Shown piece by piece: positions 1 to 14,799 of a DNA stretch of 64,000 bases (position 1 is its first letter; every line of letters begins with the position of its first letter). Source of the stretch: the human T2T-CHM13v2.0 reference genome, Homo sapiens. The position numbers and the translations under genes were made by a program. The notes under the pieces are model-generated. The model saw only the letters and a list, made by a program, of their open reading frames with translations. It ran no database searches and was not told the DNA's origin. The stretch lies in the NCBI RefSeq assembly GCF_009914755.1, contig NC_060928.1. One strand, 5' to 3'.

Positions 1-3000
1 TCACAGAAAACTCTTGAAACCCCTTTAAGTAATGCTCACGTGTGTTCTTACTTCTGATCAATTAAATTCGAACACTACACTATTTTCTGCCTTCTCATGA
101 AGCTAAACCATCTATGTCTTCTTGTGCCAAAAAACTATAAGAAATAATGCCAGATGTAATGAATTTACTAAATTTATTAAAACATTCCATTTTACATGGG
201 GCAAAAACTCATATTCATTTTCTATAATATTTGGGGCCAAAAAGGATGGCATGATTCAGTCCCTCACAACTGGGCAGTTGTCCAGGTGTGAGCATTGCTG
301 AAGCCGTTTTAAAAATTCTTTTCAATTCAATTTTAATGGAACAAACTGCCAGAGACGTGCCAGGAAAATTGTTCCTTAACATTTGCCTGCAGGATCCTGA
401 CCCCTAATGTCTTTACCAGGCTGATAACTTCTGGGCAGCAGAATAAGCCGGTATTCATGAACTCTCTCAGCAGATTCACTGCTGGAGGGGAGGGCACAGT
501 GATGTCGTCTGAGAACTGCCTCTGGTGAATGCCATTAGCTTGTGAATTATTCCAAGTACATTAAGAGAAACTAATGACACCTTTGTTAGCTAATGTGTCT
601 CACCTGCAAAAGTAACAGTTGCATTCTCAATAGATTTAGGCAGACAGGGAAAAACAAGCTGTTGCTTTCTCTAATTTCTGTATGCTATTTATACAATTGG
701 GTTAGCATTCTCCCTGGAAAATGCTTCTAAGACAGGGTAAGTTAGCAGATTTCAGTTGCTTGCTTTTTGTGTGCCCTCGCTGAGCTGTAGAAAGCTCATG
801 CGCTGGTTCCCTTCCTGGTAAAGGAAATACACCTTTATAAAATGAAGAGTAAGGGAGCGGGATGCTTTTGTTATTGACATAAAACTTGTCACACGGTTAA
901 CTAGTTTGTGTGATGATAAAAGACTTCAGTGATTTTTCCCTTCAAGGCATTTTAGCTTATTGTACTTCGGGCTGCAGGTATGGTAATAGGAGTCATCCAC
1001 ATTTGCGTCTAAAGCTTTCACCTGTTTAAAAGTCTCAGCTTTTTGTCTCCTTTCCCTAATTTCATGTTGAGCACTTCAGTTAAATTACTCCTATAAGAAG
1101 CTATGTCAAGATTTTAAAAAACTGAATTCAGGCAATCTACTAACAACCTAGCCATGTCCTGGCCTTTTTGCCATGTTTTTCATAGGATAACTCAGGGATT
1201 TCTACTGCAACCGACCTTCTGAGAATCTCTTGGGGAGTTTATTTTTGAGCAAGGAGGTGAAAGGATAGCGTGCTTCAGAATACCATGGGTGGACCTTATT
1301 CTGCTCTCTTTGAATTGTGTTGCTATTACGTGTTACAAACTTAATTAAACTTCTTAAAATCAGCCCTCTTTCCCCTCAGTAGTCTGAGTATGGTCCTCTT
1401 TTTCTGAGGGATCACTCCAACACAATGCAACATTAGCTTCTTGTTTCTTGAAATGTGTCCCGTACCATGACTACTCCTTGTCGTGGGGATAAAATGACTC
1501 CATCTGTTTTACCAGCCCTTTCTGAGACTTTCTAATTTAAATGATTGACTTCTAGTTCCTGAATTGTCTACAAAGGAGTGAGGAGTACCTTGGGATGTGT
1601 CCCTTTTCACCTCTTTTACTCTCAGTCATAATTACCTGAGGTCCACAGTGGGTTTAGTTGCTTTGCAGACATGCATCAAGTACCAAGCAGGAATTGGAAG
1701 ATTTCGTACAGCTCTTCTATTTATATGTTGCTCTAATACAAAGGAACTTGCTCAACTTTTCTGCTCCTTTCTCTGGAGAAGATGAAAACTGGAGGGGGTT
1801 GATTATTTTCTACCCTAGGTTTGGGTTAAGGAAGATGAGGCATTTCTCATTTCTAGCCATAGGTATAGATTTTCAACCTGTCATTTTCTCCTGTCAGCCA
1901 AGCACACACAGGATGTGCAGTCAGCAGTGGGAGGTAACGGGGATTCTGGGAATAAGAGCAATCTGCCTCATCTGGTCTTGAGTAGTGGAAGCACCATGGT
2001 GTCTCATTAAAAGGTCTTCTCCTCTCCTTCAGGTTTCTTCCAAGAGTGTGGGGCCAGATTGGCTGTATTAACATTGCTCTTCCGGTTGTGGTTCCTGTAA
2101 ACAGATCTTAACTTGACGTACGTGTGCACTGTTTCACTGATAGTTGTCATTTCCAGAGTGGTTGCAGCTGCTCCCAATGCTGCCACAAAATACCTTTTAA
2201 CAAAGAATACTGCTGCTTCCCTGCTGTAAGCAAGCATGGATGGATATGTGATTCATCAGCTGTACTCTGACGCTGTAGAAATATAGAGCAAAAGTGAATG
2301 CTGCTTCTCCTTGATTCCATTATGGGATGCTGCACCAACTCACAGCTGGAAACAAATTAAAGTAGTTTTTCTGATAACACAATGAAAGTGGTTTCCAAGT
2401 AAAGATCCTATTCAAATTATTCAGGATGTTTTCCCTTCTAGGAGTATGTGTCTTTATTTGCTAAATTAGATTGGTTTGCATTTAAATGTTAATAACAAAG
2501 TGAGTTCTTGTATTATGCAAGCTTGGCCAAAATGATGTTTTTGGGTGTTTATATGTGTACACCAACTGGCAGTTCATGCTTCAGTCTTTCAAGTTACAGG
2601 AGCATTTAAAAATCATAATGATAATCCATTCATTTTAATCCTTACTATCCTTTATTTAAAAAGTTTTAACTTAGTCTCTTTTTTTCATGCCTCTGTATGC
2701 ATTTCTTTTCTCAAATACCGTTTTCCTTTTCTCTTGTATGTCAAATTTCTGACTTTGAAATTATCTTTGATTCTTTTACCACATATGCTTGAAATACAAT
2801 CATGGAAGGCAAACACTTCTTATTCCCAAGAGAACTAAAGGCCTTTCCATCTGATGCATATTTCTGGGGTCTGTCGTCTTCTCTCTTTAAATTAGAATGA
2901 AACTCTAAAATCAGCCCCAAGGTAAGAGCAATATTGCCTTTGTTTTTTTATATTGGCTTAAACATTTTACTGGCATTTGGCAACACAAAACATACACAAT

Positions 3001-3329
3001 AAACTTCATAAGTCCTTTAGATCTATCATACATTTTCCCCTTTTGCTAATGGTTTTAATTTTTGCTCTTCCAAAAAAAAAATGGCTTGCATAAGAGAATG
3101 GAGAAACTATCGAGAAAGGAGTTTGCCTCTTTCCTTTCCCTCAGTAAAATTAACATTAAAAGTGAACCTGCTGAAAAGGTTAGACACGCGTTGAGGTATC
3201 TGTTATAGTTCCCTGCCCCCCTGGCCGCCACCTCCATACATGCATATGTCCCTCATGGACTTGGACTTGAATGCTGAGAGTCAACCTGGTTTATCATTGT
3301 CAGCTGTTTCTTACTGGATGTGTATGGAT

Positions 3330-3877
3330 GTTGAATGTTGAGAGCATTCAACCCTAGATTATGCGAGTCTGGTATATTAAATATTTTGAGTTAAAGGCTC
3401 TTGAGAAACAGCAGCTGGAAGGAGAGCACTCTGACTTTCCTTTGATTTCTTAAAAGAGATGAAATTCCCACATGAAAAGTGTCCTTCCTACAGGAGAAGG
3501 AGAGTGTCATTCTCATCAAGAATGGGATGAGACCAAGGAAAGTCTTTACGAACAAACATTTGTAACACAAACCCTTACCTTTCTAGCCACTTCTCACCCA
3601 GCTAGCTACCCTAGCCCAAGCTGCGTAGCTTTAATCACATTTTCATAATTTACCATATTTTGTCTAATGCAGTATAGGAATGTTCAACTCAAAGGATGTC
3701 TTTGGGTGATTTTCTTATGAAGGCTCCCACACCAGGTAAAAGTGGTGTTAAATAAATTTGTAAGTTATTCCCCTGTTACTTTCTGACGTCAATTTAATTT
3801 TCAGACCCAGTTATGTGTGTGTGTAGGGTGGGGGGTAGTCTTTAAGAGAGTAGAGGTAAAATTTTTCCTCTCCTACG
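3330..3877 (+). mobile_element. ERV1 solo LTR, MER34/MER39 group (MER34A-like)
   Basis: Resembles recalled MER34A consensus: TATTTTGAGTTAAAGGCTCTTGAGAAACAGCAG near start, TGAAGGCTCCC...AATAAATTTGTA polyA region, terminal TTTTTCCTCTCCTAC(G). Confidence 0.75.
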
Positions 3878-5039
3878 TGATACATATGACAAGCACACAG
3901 TAGGTGCTTTAACTGATTCAAAGACACAGATACTGAGCTCTTACATTTCAGGAATCTTGCCAGTGTTGATGATTGGCTGAAGGTTGTGGGCTTCCCATGT
4001 ACCCTTTAACTCATTTCTGTAGTTCTCAGAACAACTTTGTTCCCCCATTCCATCTGTACCCCTTGGGGATGCAATTTTAAAAACAGTAATATTGTTCAAG
4101 AGGTGGAAATGTAAGGTATAAGTGATCATAGATTTTGGTTTCAAATATCTCATACTTAAATCTTCATTTTCTAAGAATGGCACAAAGGGATACATGCATT
4201 GATATTGCTATCATTTCTACTAAGTTTAAAAGCATTTATTGGTTTTTGATTAAGGTATCATATGTAGACTGAAATTTTTATCTTTTATATTGATTTTACT
4301 TCTCAAATTGGGTATAGTTCATTAAGCTGTTAATAACCATATGTTATATGACATCCAGTACACTAGGGGAATGATCGGTAACCAGGTCTGGAGTTTGCAT
4401 CTCATTCCTCGGCTCCAGATCCAAACAGGGCTGTGTCTAAAACTCTCACGATGGTTGTTCAGTGACCCAATGAAACGAGTTATGGAAAACATCATTTCTG
4501 TTCAGAGGAGTTGTGTGTATAATCCGTGATGTGAATGATTACACGTAGTATCCTTGCTGGCAGTGGCAGATAGGAGACCAGCAGTTAATCGCCCATGGAG
4601 ATTTAATTACCCATATATCCAAAGGTACTCCTTGTAGGGCAAATATGAAATGCAATTGTGGAAAACACTAGGAACTTTTGTCACCATTGCCTCTCTGCCT
4701 ATTGTAGAAGTAGATGCATTTTATGAATCCCAGCTTCATGGTTTACAGTGTTTTTTTTTTCTTTTCTCACAATGTTGTGAAAATGTGTTTACAAGATAGT
4801 GACTAACACAATTTATTTACATTAAGTGATAATGTGCTTGCACTTCACCTATTATATCTATAAATGGAGAGGTGGCTGAAAGATACAGCTAATCTCTTCA
4901 TTACAAGTAGTTATAATGTCTATTATAGGCTACTTAACATGCACTTGATACTGTTTACTTTGTAAGTGCCTTTTAAGTATAGTTTTAACTATTTAATATA
5001 GCTTAAGTATCTCACAATTTTATATGGTGGGCATTACTA

Positions 5040-5210
5040 ATATATAGGAGAAAACCATGACAACTAGAATCAATAAAAATCTCATCAGGTCTGTAAAAGT
5101 AAGTTGAATCTAACAAGGTAAGTTTTAGAGTGGATAAAAGTGATGGTGCTGCATATAAAGCCCCACAGCCAGCTTCTTAAAAAATAGCTGCAACAGTACA
5201 AGATTATAAA
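5040..5210 (+). mobile_element. Possible L3/CR1 LINE fragment
   Basis: AATCTAACAAG...GGATAAAAGTGATGGTGCTGCAT resembles CR1/L3 3' ORF2 region; highly diverged. Confidence 0.3.
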
Positions 5211-5234
5211 TTGACTAAATTGTGTCCTAAATTT

Positions 5235-5700
5235 CTTCATTCTCACCTACATTTTCAGTAGGCAGCAGTCAGATTTCTCCTCCGCTATCTTACTAAGCAC
5301 TCTTGGTGTTGAGACTGCCGCAGCATAGGAGTCAAAGTTCCTGCCCTGAAAGATCTCGCATCCTAATAGGAGGAGACAGATATTAAACTTGTATGCAAAT
5401 ATGTAAAACAACTTCAGATAGTGGCAAACGCCATGCATAAAGTATAGTTGGGCAATGTACTGGATTGGCTGGGGTAACGGGAATTGGCTGCTTCATCGTG
5501 GATGGTAGGAGAAGGCATCTCTGAAAGGTACCATTTGAATTGAGACTTGAATGATAAGATTTGAGGAAAATGTGAGAAAGGTAGTATTAGAAATAGAGAA
5601 GTGCAACAGCTTTGACACAGGTAAAAGCCTAGGTGTTTACAGAAAGGAAGAAAAACGTGTCTGGAAAATACTGAGCAAAGGAAGGAATGAAAAAGATGCT
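5235..5700 (-). mobile_element. L2 LINE 3' fragment
   Basis: AAGTTCCTGCCCTGAAAGATCTC...GGAGACAGATATTAAAC...GAAGGCATCTCTGA...GAGACTTGAATGATAAG are typical antisense L2 motifs. Confidence 0.65.
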
Positions 5701-8224
5701 ACCAAAGAAATCGAGTCCAACTCAGGCACCAACAGAAGCAATGTTTGAATACGTTCTGTGCATGTGGTCACTATGCGGGCTCTTATTCCTTCTATCACAA
5801 CTGGCCCATGTAAAACAGCACAAGTGTGGGAGTGAGGAGCCTTTAGGGTTGGCTACTGCCAACAGCATTGTGCTGCTGGAAGCGTCATTTACCATTTTGG
5901 GCTTGCAACTGTAATATAAAAAATGCTTTCTCAGGCTCATTTAAAAAAAAAAAAAAGCCTTCTACTTTGTACATTTCCAAGACCATCACAAAGTTTTAGG
6001 AGAGATTTGGGGACTAGAAGATCGCTCAATGTTATTCCCCCTTGCATGACACGATGGCGTAACTTCATTTTATGCGCCTTTCAGAGGGAAGGATGAGTCC
6101 TAGACTGGTTGATGGCCTTTCATTCATCAAAGGAACTGATACTGAGACAAAGGAACACTAAGTAGCCAATAACCTTTTCAAAAGATAATACATTTATTTA
6201 TGTTTAATTTTTTCCCCCACACTGTAGATTTTTATATTTTCAAAGGTTAATTTAGTACTTATCTCCCTCTTGCCCACACACTGTTTAGTGGTTTTCCTCC
6301 AAAGAAGTAACCTCTGAGCCAAGTTTTAAAATGGTCTCAAACGTGCCTAATTATCTCAAAATAAAAGCAATTTAACCCATGTAACTATCTGAAAGAAAAT
6401 ATAATTTATTTAAGAGTTTATTGCAGCAAACCATAAAATTAAACAAAAATGACAATTGGAGGTAGAATTCTCAATAGATTGAGAATCATTTTATTGCCAT
6501 GAAGATAAATTGATGTGTATTTACAAATTGCTGAGCAAAATGTAGTTATTAAAATATCAGAATTTTATTTATCTTAATACTTCTGTTTCTAATCACCAAT
6601 TAGTGTAGTGAAATAATCTGCAAATTTTTTTGCAGAGCAATTGATTGGCTTTTCTACACAGAAAGACATTTATTTTGAAGTTGTTCAACGTTACGTCCTT
6701 TGTCATGAGTCTCCATTCTGCCATGTTTCTTAGGATATTAACGTAACAATGTCAAATGGGATTGAAGCTGAGAAAAATTACCTGAGGGCATTTTTGTTTT
6801 GTACTTAAATTTTATTTTGTCACTTATTCTTATTAGCAATCATTAAGCAATTTAATAATTATAAGCTCCATTAACATTTTAATGAGTCTAGTGGCCATTG
6901 CTAAGTGTAATTAAATTAGTTTTATTGTATGATATTTTGAAGCTGTGATTAAATTAAGTTTTACTGTGCTTAGAAGAATAAACCTATAGAGATTGCTATT
7001 CACCAAACATCTTATTAACTTATAAGATACTGATAAAATAGACATTAATGGAGACAGGAGAAAAATATAATTCCCTATTGAGTCTATTCATGAGATAAAA
7101 CTTTAATCATTCAGTTTGGAATCAATCTAATAATGACGGTGTAATTTTATTTAAAAGAGTTTTTCAGGTGGAGTTAGAGAAAAGGGAAGAAAGGCTGGAT
7201 TCCTTTAGTAATGTTCTCCTCCTCCCCTAGTTCTTGCAGGTATAACCCACAGAGATGAGACTAGAGGAAGACTGACAACCTAGTGATCTGGGAGCAGATA
7301 TGTGTAAACTGATGTTAAATGTTTTGGCACCAAATAAAATTTCCTTTATTAACTTAGAAACTTATTTTAGAAACGAAAAAGTCATGGTTTAAGAAGTGCT
7401 TACATAAACACAAATTAAGCGTCCTAAAATGAAAGTCAATGGTAATTTTCATGCGTTGGTATTTTTGGTGGTGGTGGTATTCTTTTTTTTTTTTCTTTTT
7501 TTTTTTTTTACTGTAAACCAGTTTGAAACCTCTGTCTTTCTGGCTATCACTTAAAGTTCCTCCTTAGAAGCTATTTGATTATACATAAATTGGAAGATGA
7601 TCGTACATTACGTATTCCTTGTGCCAGTCTCTGGTCTTGAATGAATTTGGAAATTTGAGTCTTTATTGCTACTGCTGTTACATGATAAATTCTGAAATGC
7701 TCTCAAGAGTAAAATGAGATAGTCTTATTTTCTGATGAATTGCCTTATATAGAATGCAGTTAAGCATTTTACAGGATAGTAATTTGTATAGCATGTACAG
7801 CACATGTTTACTTATGGGAATTATGTGGTTTTGCTGTAATTATTAGATTCTATTGATTGTATTCCATTATGTTAATGTTTCTAAAATAAGCATATCAAGC
7901 AATTTTATGTCACATAATATTTCAGAAGCCTTGGGGATATTAAACATTTTTTGAATGGCATGGAAACATTTTATCATTAAATTTATTCCTTTACACTTTA
8001 TTCCTTTTTATGATAAAGTTATGTGGATATAAATATGAATTCTAAGAATAAGGAGCAAGGTATTAAGAAATACTATTATCCCATTACCATCATACATTAT
8101 ATATATATATATATCAGTGATGAAAAATGAAAAATTAACCTCTAACATTCAATGTTGAATCATTTTTAAATCTGTTCTGACACATTTTTAGAAAGTCTTA
8201 ACCATAGCTCAAATAAATTTATGA

Positions 8225-9470
<1,246 letters not shown>

Positions 9471-9784
9471 TCAGCAGAGGCTTTCAATATGTTTTTAAAT
9501 TTTTTATTTAATGTATAAAGCATTTCAACTGATGTGATGGGTTTCCTATGTTAAATTTATTTTCTTCCCTAAAAAAATCGATGACTTTTGCATGTTGTTT
9601 AAAGCGAGTTTCTAGATCTCATCTTTTGATGCACAGTCTTAAAATTCTCATTTTAAATCCTGAGAGCTCACATTTTAGAAGAGTAACAATTGATAGTTTA
9701 TGTTGAATGTGTCCTATTATGTGGCAAATATTAACTTTTCATCTTCAAAAAATACTCTCTAGTATACAAAATTATCTTTAATAA

Positions 9785-9920
9785 GGAATAAGGATAGTAA
9801 AGGCACAGTTCATTATATAAGTTTTCTAGGTTGATCCTGCCAGAAATTGGCAGACCCAGTACTGAAACCCAGGTAGAGGCTTCAGAGCCAGTGTTCTTAT
9901 TTACTAATTATCCTACCTGA
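9785..9920 (-). mobile_element. MIR fragment
   Basis: TGGCAGACCCAGTACTGAAACCCAGG...CTTCAGAGCC resembles antisense MIR. Confidence 0.5.
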
Positions 9921-11734
9921 AAGACTACTGACCTAATAAGTTACATTTAAAAATATATATACACTATTTGATTTTATGATGCTATGGTCTTGTAAAACAT
10001 CTAATGTACTTTGGTTAAAGTACGTTATTTCATTATTCATTGAATTCCCTTTCAATAAAATAGACACTTTTAATGTAATATCTATAGAATGTCTTAAAGT
10101 GGTCAGGGAGCAAGAATTTTAAGTATTATGATCAAGGATGTACCTGTGACATTCTCTGTCATGTTTGTTTTCCCTTGAATTGGGACAGTTTATTTTTCTA
10201 TAAATTAGCCAAGGTCAAGTCCAGTAGTAAAATTTCTACATGGCTATTTGTTGATTTATATTTAAGTTGACTTAGTTATTATTTCGTGGTTGGAAGAGAT
10301 GAAAATGAAAGCTTTGCCAAGAAACCCCAGCAGCCTGTGCTGAGGCTTCTCTGGAGCACCTTCTCTGCATCACTCATAGCTTTGTTCCTTGGCATTTGTA
10401 CTTGGTCAGGCTGCAGCGCTTGAGGTTAATGCCCAGCGGACAGGTCCGAATGTACATTGGATCCCATCATAATAAGCATGCTTACTTATGAGACATGGAA
10501 CAGATGAAAGTTCCACCCTGCCTTTGCCCAAGAGCCTTTGGGAAGATGGAAAAGGATGAATCAGTCCCTTGTTTGCAAAAAGTGTGACATTAATCATCCA
10601 ACATTGTGAACCGCTAGACAGGTGTCATTTGTTTTTTTAAAGTTATGCTATGTTGTTTGTGGAGCTGCATAAATCTTCCAGTTCTTTTAAAACAGTCTCC
10701 ACAGGTACAACAAATGGGAAGTGAATCTGTCATTCTTGAAAATGTTAGAGATCAGCAAGTGCAGAGTTACTGTAGAGCTGACCTTCCTCCTTCATTACTG
10801 GCTGCCAGAACTATAAGCGGAGAAAAGATTGAGGACGTAAAGACAATAGAGTGAACTTCAGATCATGTCTGGAAAGGGTCACACTCATAAACCACAGCAT
10901 GTATGTAGGAATTTTTTTTTAAGCCATGTGTTCAAGAGGACCAGATAGTGCAGTTTTTCTGATCCATTGTGTAAAAGTATACATTGGGATGTCACATTCT
11001 GAGTAATTTGTTATACAATAGTGCTTTAGTGGTGGAGAAAAACACCCTTAATAAATGAGAAGAAAACACATTCCAGAGAAGAAAGGCTGACTCAGTTGAT
11101 CATTATTAGTTTTAATCACCCTGCGATTTCAGGAATGTTCTCAAATAGCCTTGGTTCAAGTCCAGAGCACAGAATTATCATTTGGGCAGCACGTGATCCA
11201 AATGTCATGAGGACAGGACTTTGACCATTTGTATATCATAATATTAAGTTTGAAGATGTCTGGTTAGGAAGAGAAATTGAGGATGGATCTCTGAAACATA
11301 ATAACCTTAAAGAATATCTAAATTAGACTGGCTTGGTGAGAGGCAGGCAGTGGGGCCTGTTAGTGGGTAGAATTTGCACAGAATTCTGGATAGACCTAAT
11401 TCATTTTATTGCTGAATACATGAGTGAAAACTAGAGCTCAATTATCTGATTACAAGATGAAAGCAACCACATCTGTATTTCCATAAAGAATAAGAGCCTG
11501 GCAATTCATTCTTTACAATATAGTTATCGGTGGCAGCTAAGGTCATCTTCTCTGAAAAAAAAAAAAAAAATCTGATATTTTTCTTTCAAGTTCTGTCATG
11601 TACATTTCCAGCTCTATTAATCATACTGCAATGGGTCTTTTAGGATGACGTAAATTTTGTGATAGCTTATCTTATATTTGGATTTGCATTCCAAGGACTT
11701 GTCCTGAGTCATTTTTGACTCTTGGTTTATCTGC

Positions 11735-12303
11735 TAACTTGCTTGTGGCCGCAAGTTACAGAAACTCGGATGTCAACTGACTCAAGCAACAGGGGATTTA
11801 CCTCACACTTAATAGGAAACCTAAAGATAGAGCTTTAGAGCTCTCTCGTTCATCCACCAAGGGAATGCTATGTTGCTTCCTTCTTTCACCCTGCACCCCC
11901 ACCACACACATACCCTCTGTTTGGGTTTAATTCAATCTAGTATCAAGATGGTGGGAGCAGATACGAATCTCAATTCCAAACACTTGATCACTTAGGAAAA
12001 AGAAAAAACATATCTTCTTGTTTATCTCTCCTGAAGGGAAAGACAATATTCCCAGAGGCTTACCCCAGAAGACAACCCTTGCTACAACACTGGCTAAAAT
12101 TCCATCACATGCCCTTCTTACACAAGTGACTTGGCAAGAGGCATTATATTAATCTTATAAAAATCAGGAGCTACACCGGGGTAAGAGCTCAAGTTAGTTT
12201 ACTCAGATGCATTTGGCTCTGTGGGGAAAGAAATATGAGGTTCTGTTTGGAAGGATGAAAAAGGGATTGGATGGAAGGTAGACAGACCATAGTATCCATT
12301 ATA
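11735..12303 (-). mobile_element. ERVL-MaLR solo LTR (MLT1K/L-like)
   Basis: GCAAGTTACAGAAACTC...ACTCAAGCAACAGGGGATTTA; CAAGATGG; TCACATGCCC...TGGCAAG motifs of old MLT1 LTRs. Confidence 0.6.
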
Positions 12304-13462
12304 TAAATTTAATTTGCTCATGTTATTATGTGTATTATGTCTATACAAATAGATAATGTAATCAATTACATTTGCAATGCACTGCCAGACTTTTTGGGGG
12401 GCAGCTGACTTACCATACTGATGATATATGTTTATGTTACTATTACAATAAATTTCTTTATTGTAGACTGCGTTAAATAAGCCTATTTGAAATAGGTGTC
12501 AGAATATAGCAGTCTGGGATTAAATACAGGTAGGGCTTATCCACAATGAAACCTTTTTATATGGATAGTAACAAACTGATGTTAACATGTAAAAACTATA
12601 AAGATGGATATGTAAGCATGCTTATGTACAACCAACTACCTCTCTTGCATTGTTCTGGGATAAATACTATGGCCCATTACTATACAGAGTGCAATGTACT
12701 TGAGAATTTACATGCCGGTCACACCAAGACTCTCTGCCTTCAAACACAACTTGACTATTTCACCCCACCATGTGTGTAGGGATTCCTGGAAATGCACTAC
12801 TGTCTCAAGGGAGAGCAGTTTATCCTGGTTTTGTCCATGTTATGCTAATTACAGCAAAGGAACACTGGCTTCTGACCAGAAGTACATCTTGGTCAGAAAG
12901 CTCTGGCTGTGAAATCTGGGGAATGTATCAGCCTGGGACAGCCAAGGAAGCTGGGTAGCAGCATCTGGACACAATGCACATGCTTCAGAGAGCTGGGGGA
13001 TGCCTTCTGTAGGTGTGCATAGTGGAGGCAGCTCCTTGTCAAGCTAACCAGCCCTCTGCTCTTCCACTTCTCTCACACAATTCTTCATGGAGAGCCAGAT
13101 GGCCCTAGGGTGGTGGAAGTGGAGGAGAGAAGATGTCCCTGTGTTAGTCTCTTCGCAGGTGCCTGGTGGAGATGTCCGGACTAATGTCACTAATAGTGAA
13201 AAGACTCAGCCTGAGTAACACCTCTGCAATTCCGAAATGGAAGGAAAGAACAGCTCAAATGGAAATCTGTTCAGAAATTAAATGTGCATCATATGGCTAA
13301 GAATGAAGGTTCTAGGGGGACTAAATTTATCCCTTCACACTCCGTTGAGAAGATTGGTTCCTGCAAAGGACTAAGTTCCTAGTTTGTTCATGTGCATGGA
13401 CATTTTCCAGGGAACATGATAACCTCCGTACCTACCTTTAGCCACCTCTTGGGCTTAAAATT

Positions 13463-13610
13463 ACACTCACACCTGTAATCTCAGCTACATGTGAGGCTGA
13501 GGTGGGAGGATCTCTTGAGCTCATGAGTGTAAGGCCTCAGTGAGCTATGATCACACCCGTGTACTTCACCTGGGCAAGACAATGAGACCCCATCTGTGGA
13601 GAAAAACAAG
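13463..13610 (+). mobile_element. FRAM / AluJ right-arm monomer
   Basis: CACACCTGTAATCTCAGCTAC...GAGGCTGAGGTGGGAGGATC...GTGAGCTATGATCACACC...GAGACCCCATCT. Confidence 0.85.
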
Positions 13611-13744
13611 ACTGTAACCCGTTATTCCTATCTGTAAATTCCTTTCATCTCTCCTTCTTTCCTTCCTTTGTTATTTTTAGCATTAACATCACTTATTTGA
13701 TCTGACATTATTAGGCAAAGGAAGAAATAAGTACAACATTCATT

Positions 13745-14610
13745 TAAGACTGCTGCTTCTAGAAACAAACAAAAAAAAGATTATCTAAGAAACCTCCTTC
13801 TACAAAACCACAGAAATGTTGGATAGACTGTAACAAAATTGTTTTAATGGCATAGCTGAGTTTCAAGAAAAGGAAACTCCCAGACCCCCAAATGACAAGG
13901 AAGCCAAAAAGCAGAAGTGAGAAAATGCTGAACTATGGCTGCCCTGAGGGGCATATGCCAGTCTCCTTAAATAAGAGGCATAGTTTTAAGGACTATAGGG
14001 AAAACATACAAGCTTTGGAGCATTTCCAGGTATAGAGGCAGCACTGAGAATTCCACATGTACATCTGTGACCCTTGAAATGTATACTCTCAAAAGACTAT
14101 ATTTGAAAATAATCTGCCAGTCTGCGAAAGGAAATGGCAAAGAAAATGTGTCTGCCTGGACTCTAGGGGGAAAAAAAATGCCTCTTCCATTTTGCACAAA
14201 AAATTCCTGAACATTCAGTTTTCAAATGGGTTTAGAGTTTGAATTTCTCACGTTAATGTCCAGGAAACCCTAAGCTGAGAAATGAATTTAAGTGGTCCCA
14301 GGTTAGAAGTGCTGGAAGAAGCAGATACAAATGCTGCTGGAGGCCTGTGCACTCGATTTAACTTGTACTAGGTATCCACAGTAAAGATGGGCCCCAAATA
14401 TGAAATTAAAAAATACAAAGTAAAGCTAGTCACCACATGTAAGATTCAGCAGAAACAACCAATCAACCAACCAACCAAAATTATACTTAGAATCCCCCAA
14501 TAATAGATTTATTTGTGTGAAATACAAAATATGTCTTAATAATTAAAGAAGTAAAATTGAAATTAAATACAGGGGAAAAGGGCAAGTTATAATTAAAAAA
14601 AAAAAAATCA
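13745..14610 (+). mobile_element. Old L1 (L1ME/HAL1-type) 5' region fragment
   Basis: A-rich with AAATGTTGGATA...ATAGCTGAG motifs typical of ancient L1 5'UTR/ORF1; probable continuation at ~16010-16100. Confidence 0.45.
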
Positions 14611-14614
14611 TCCC

Positions 14615-14750
14615 AAGCTACATGTCGTGGTGCATGCATATCATCCCAGCTACTCGGGAGGCTGAGGTGGGAGGATGGATTGAGTCAAGAAGTTGGAGTT
14701 ACACCTGGGCAAAATAGCAAGATCCTGTCTGTAGGTAAATAAATGAACAT
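14615..14750 (+). mobile_element. FLAM_A-like Alu monomer
   Basis: GTGGTGCATGC...CCCAGCTACTCGGGAGGCTGAGGTGGGAGGAT...CCTGGGCAAAATAGCAAGATCCTGTCT. Confidence 0.85.
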
Positions 14751-14799
14751 AAATTTAAAGCATTATTCCAAAACACCAGAGTGTTAAAAATAAGCTAAA

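Noticed and set aside
909-1125. C-box-like GTGATGA suggesting a C/D snoRNA
   Set aside because: Nearest CTGA D box is ~210 nt away and no terminal stem is visible
1853-2338. Overlapping short minus-strand ORFs and a plus-strand acceptor (CTCCTTCAG at ~2032)
   Set aside because: No recognisable protein; the plus-strand frames I translated after the acceptor hit stops, and I found no matching strong donor
5112-5123. Strong donor AAG/GTAAGT
   Set aside because: Lies in a probable L3/CR1 remnant with only a weak upstream acceptor
12868-12901. Hairpin TTCTGACCA...TGGTCAGAA
   Set aside because: Only a 9-bp perfect stem; too short for a pre-miRNA and expected by chance in 64 kb
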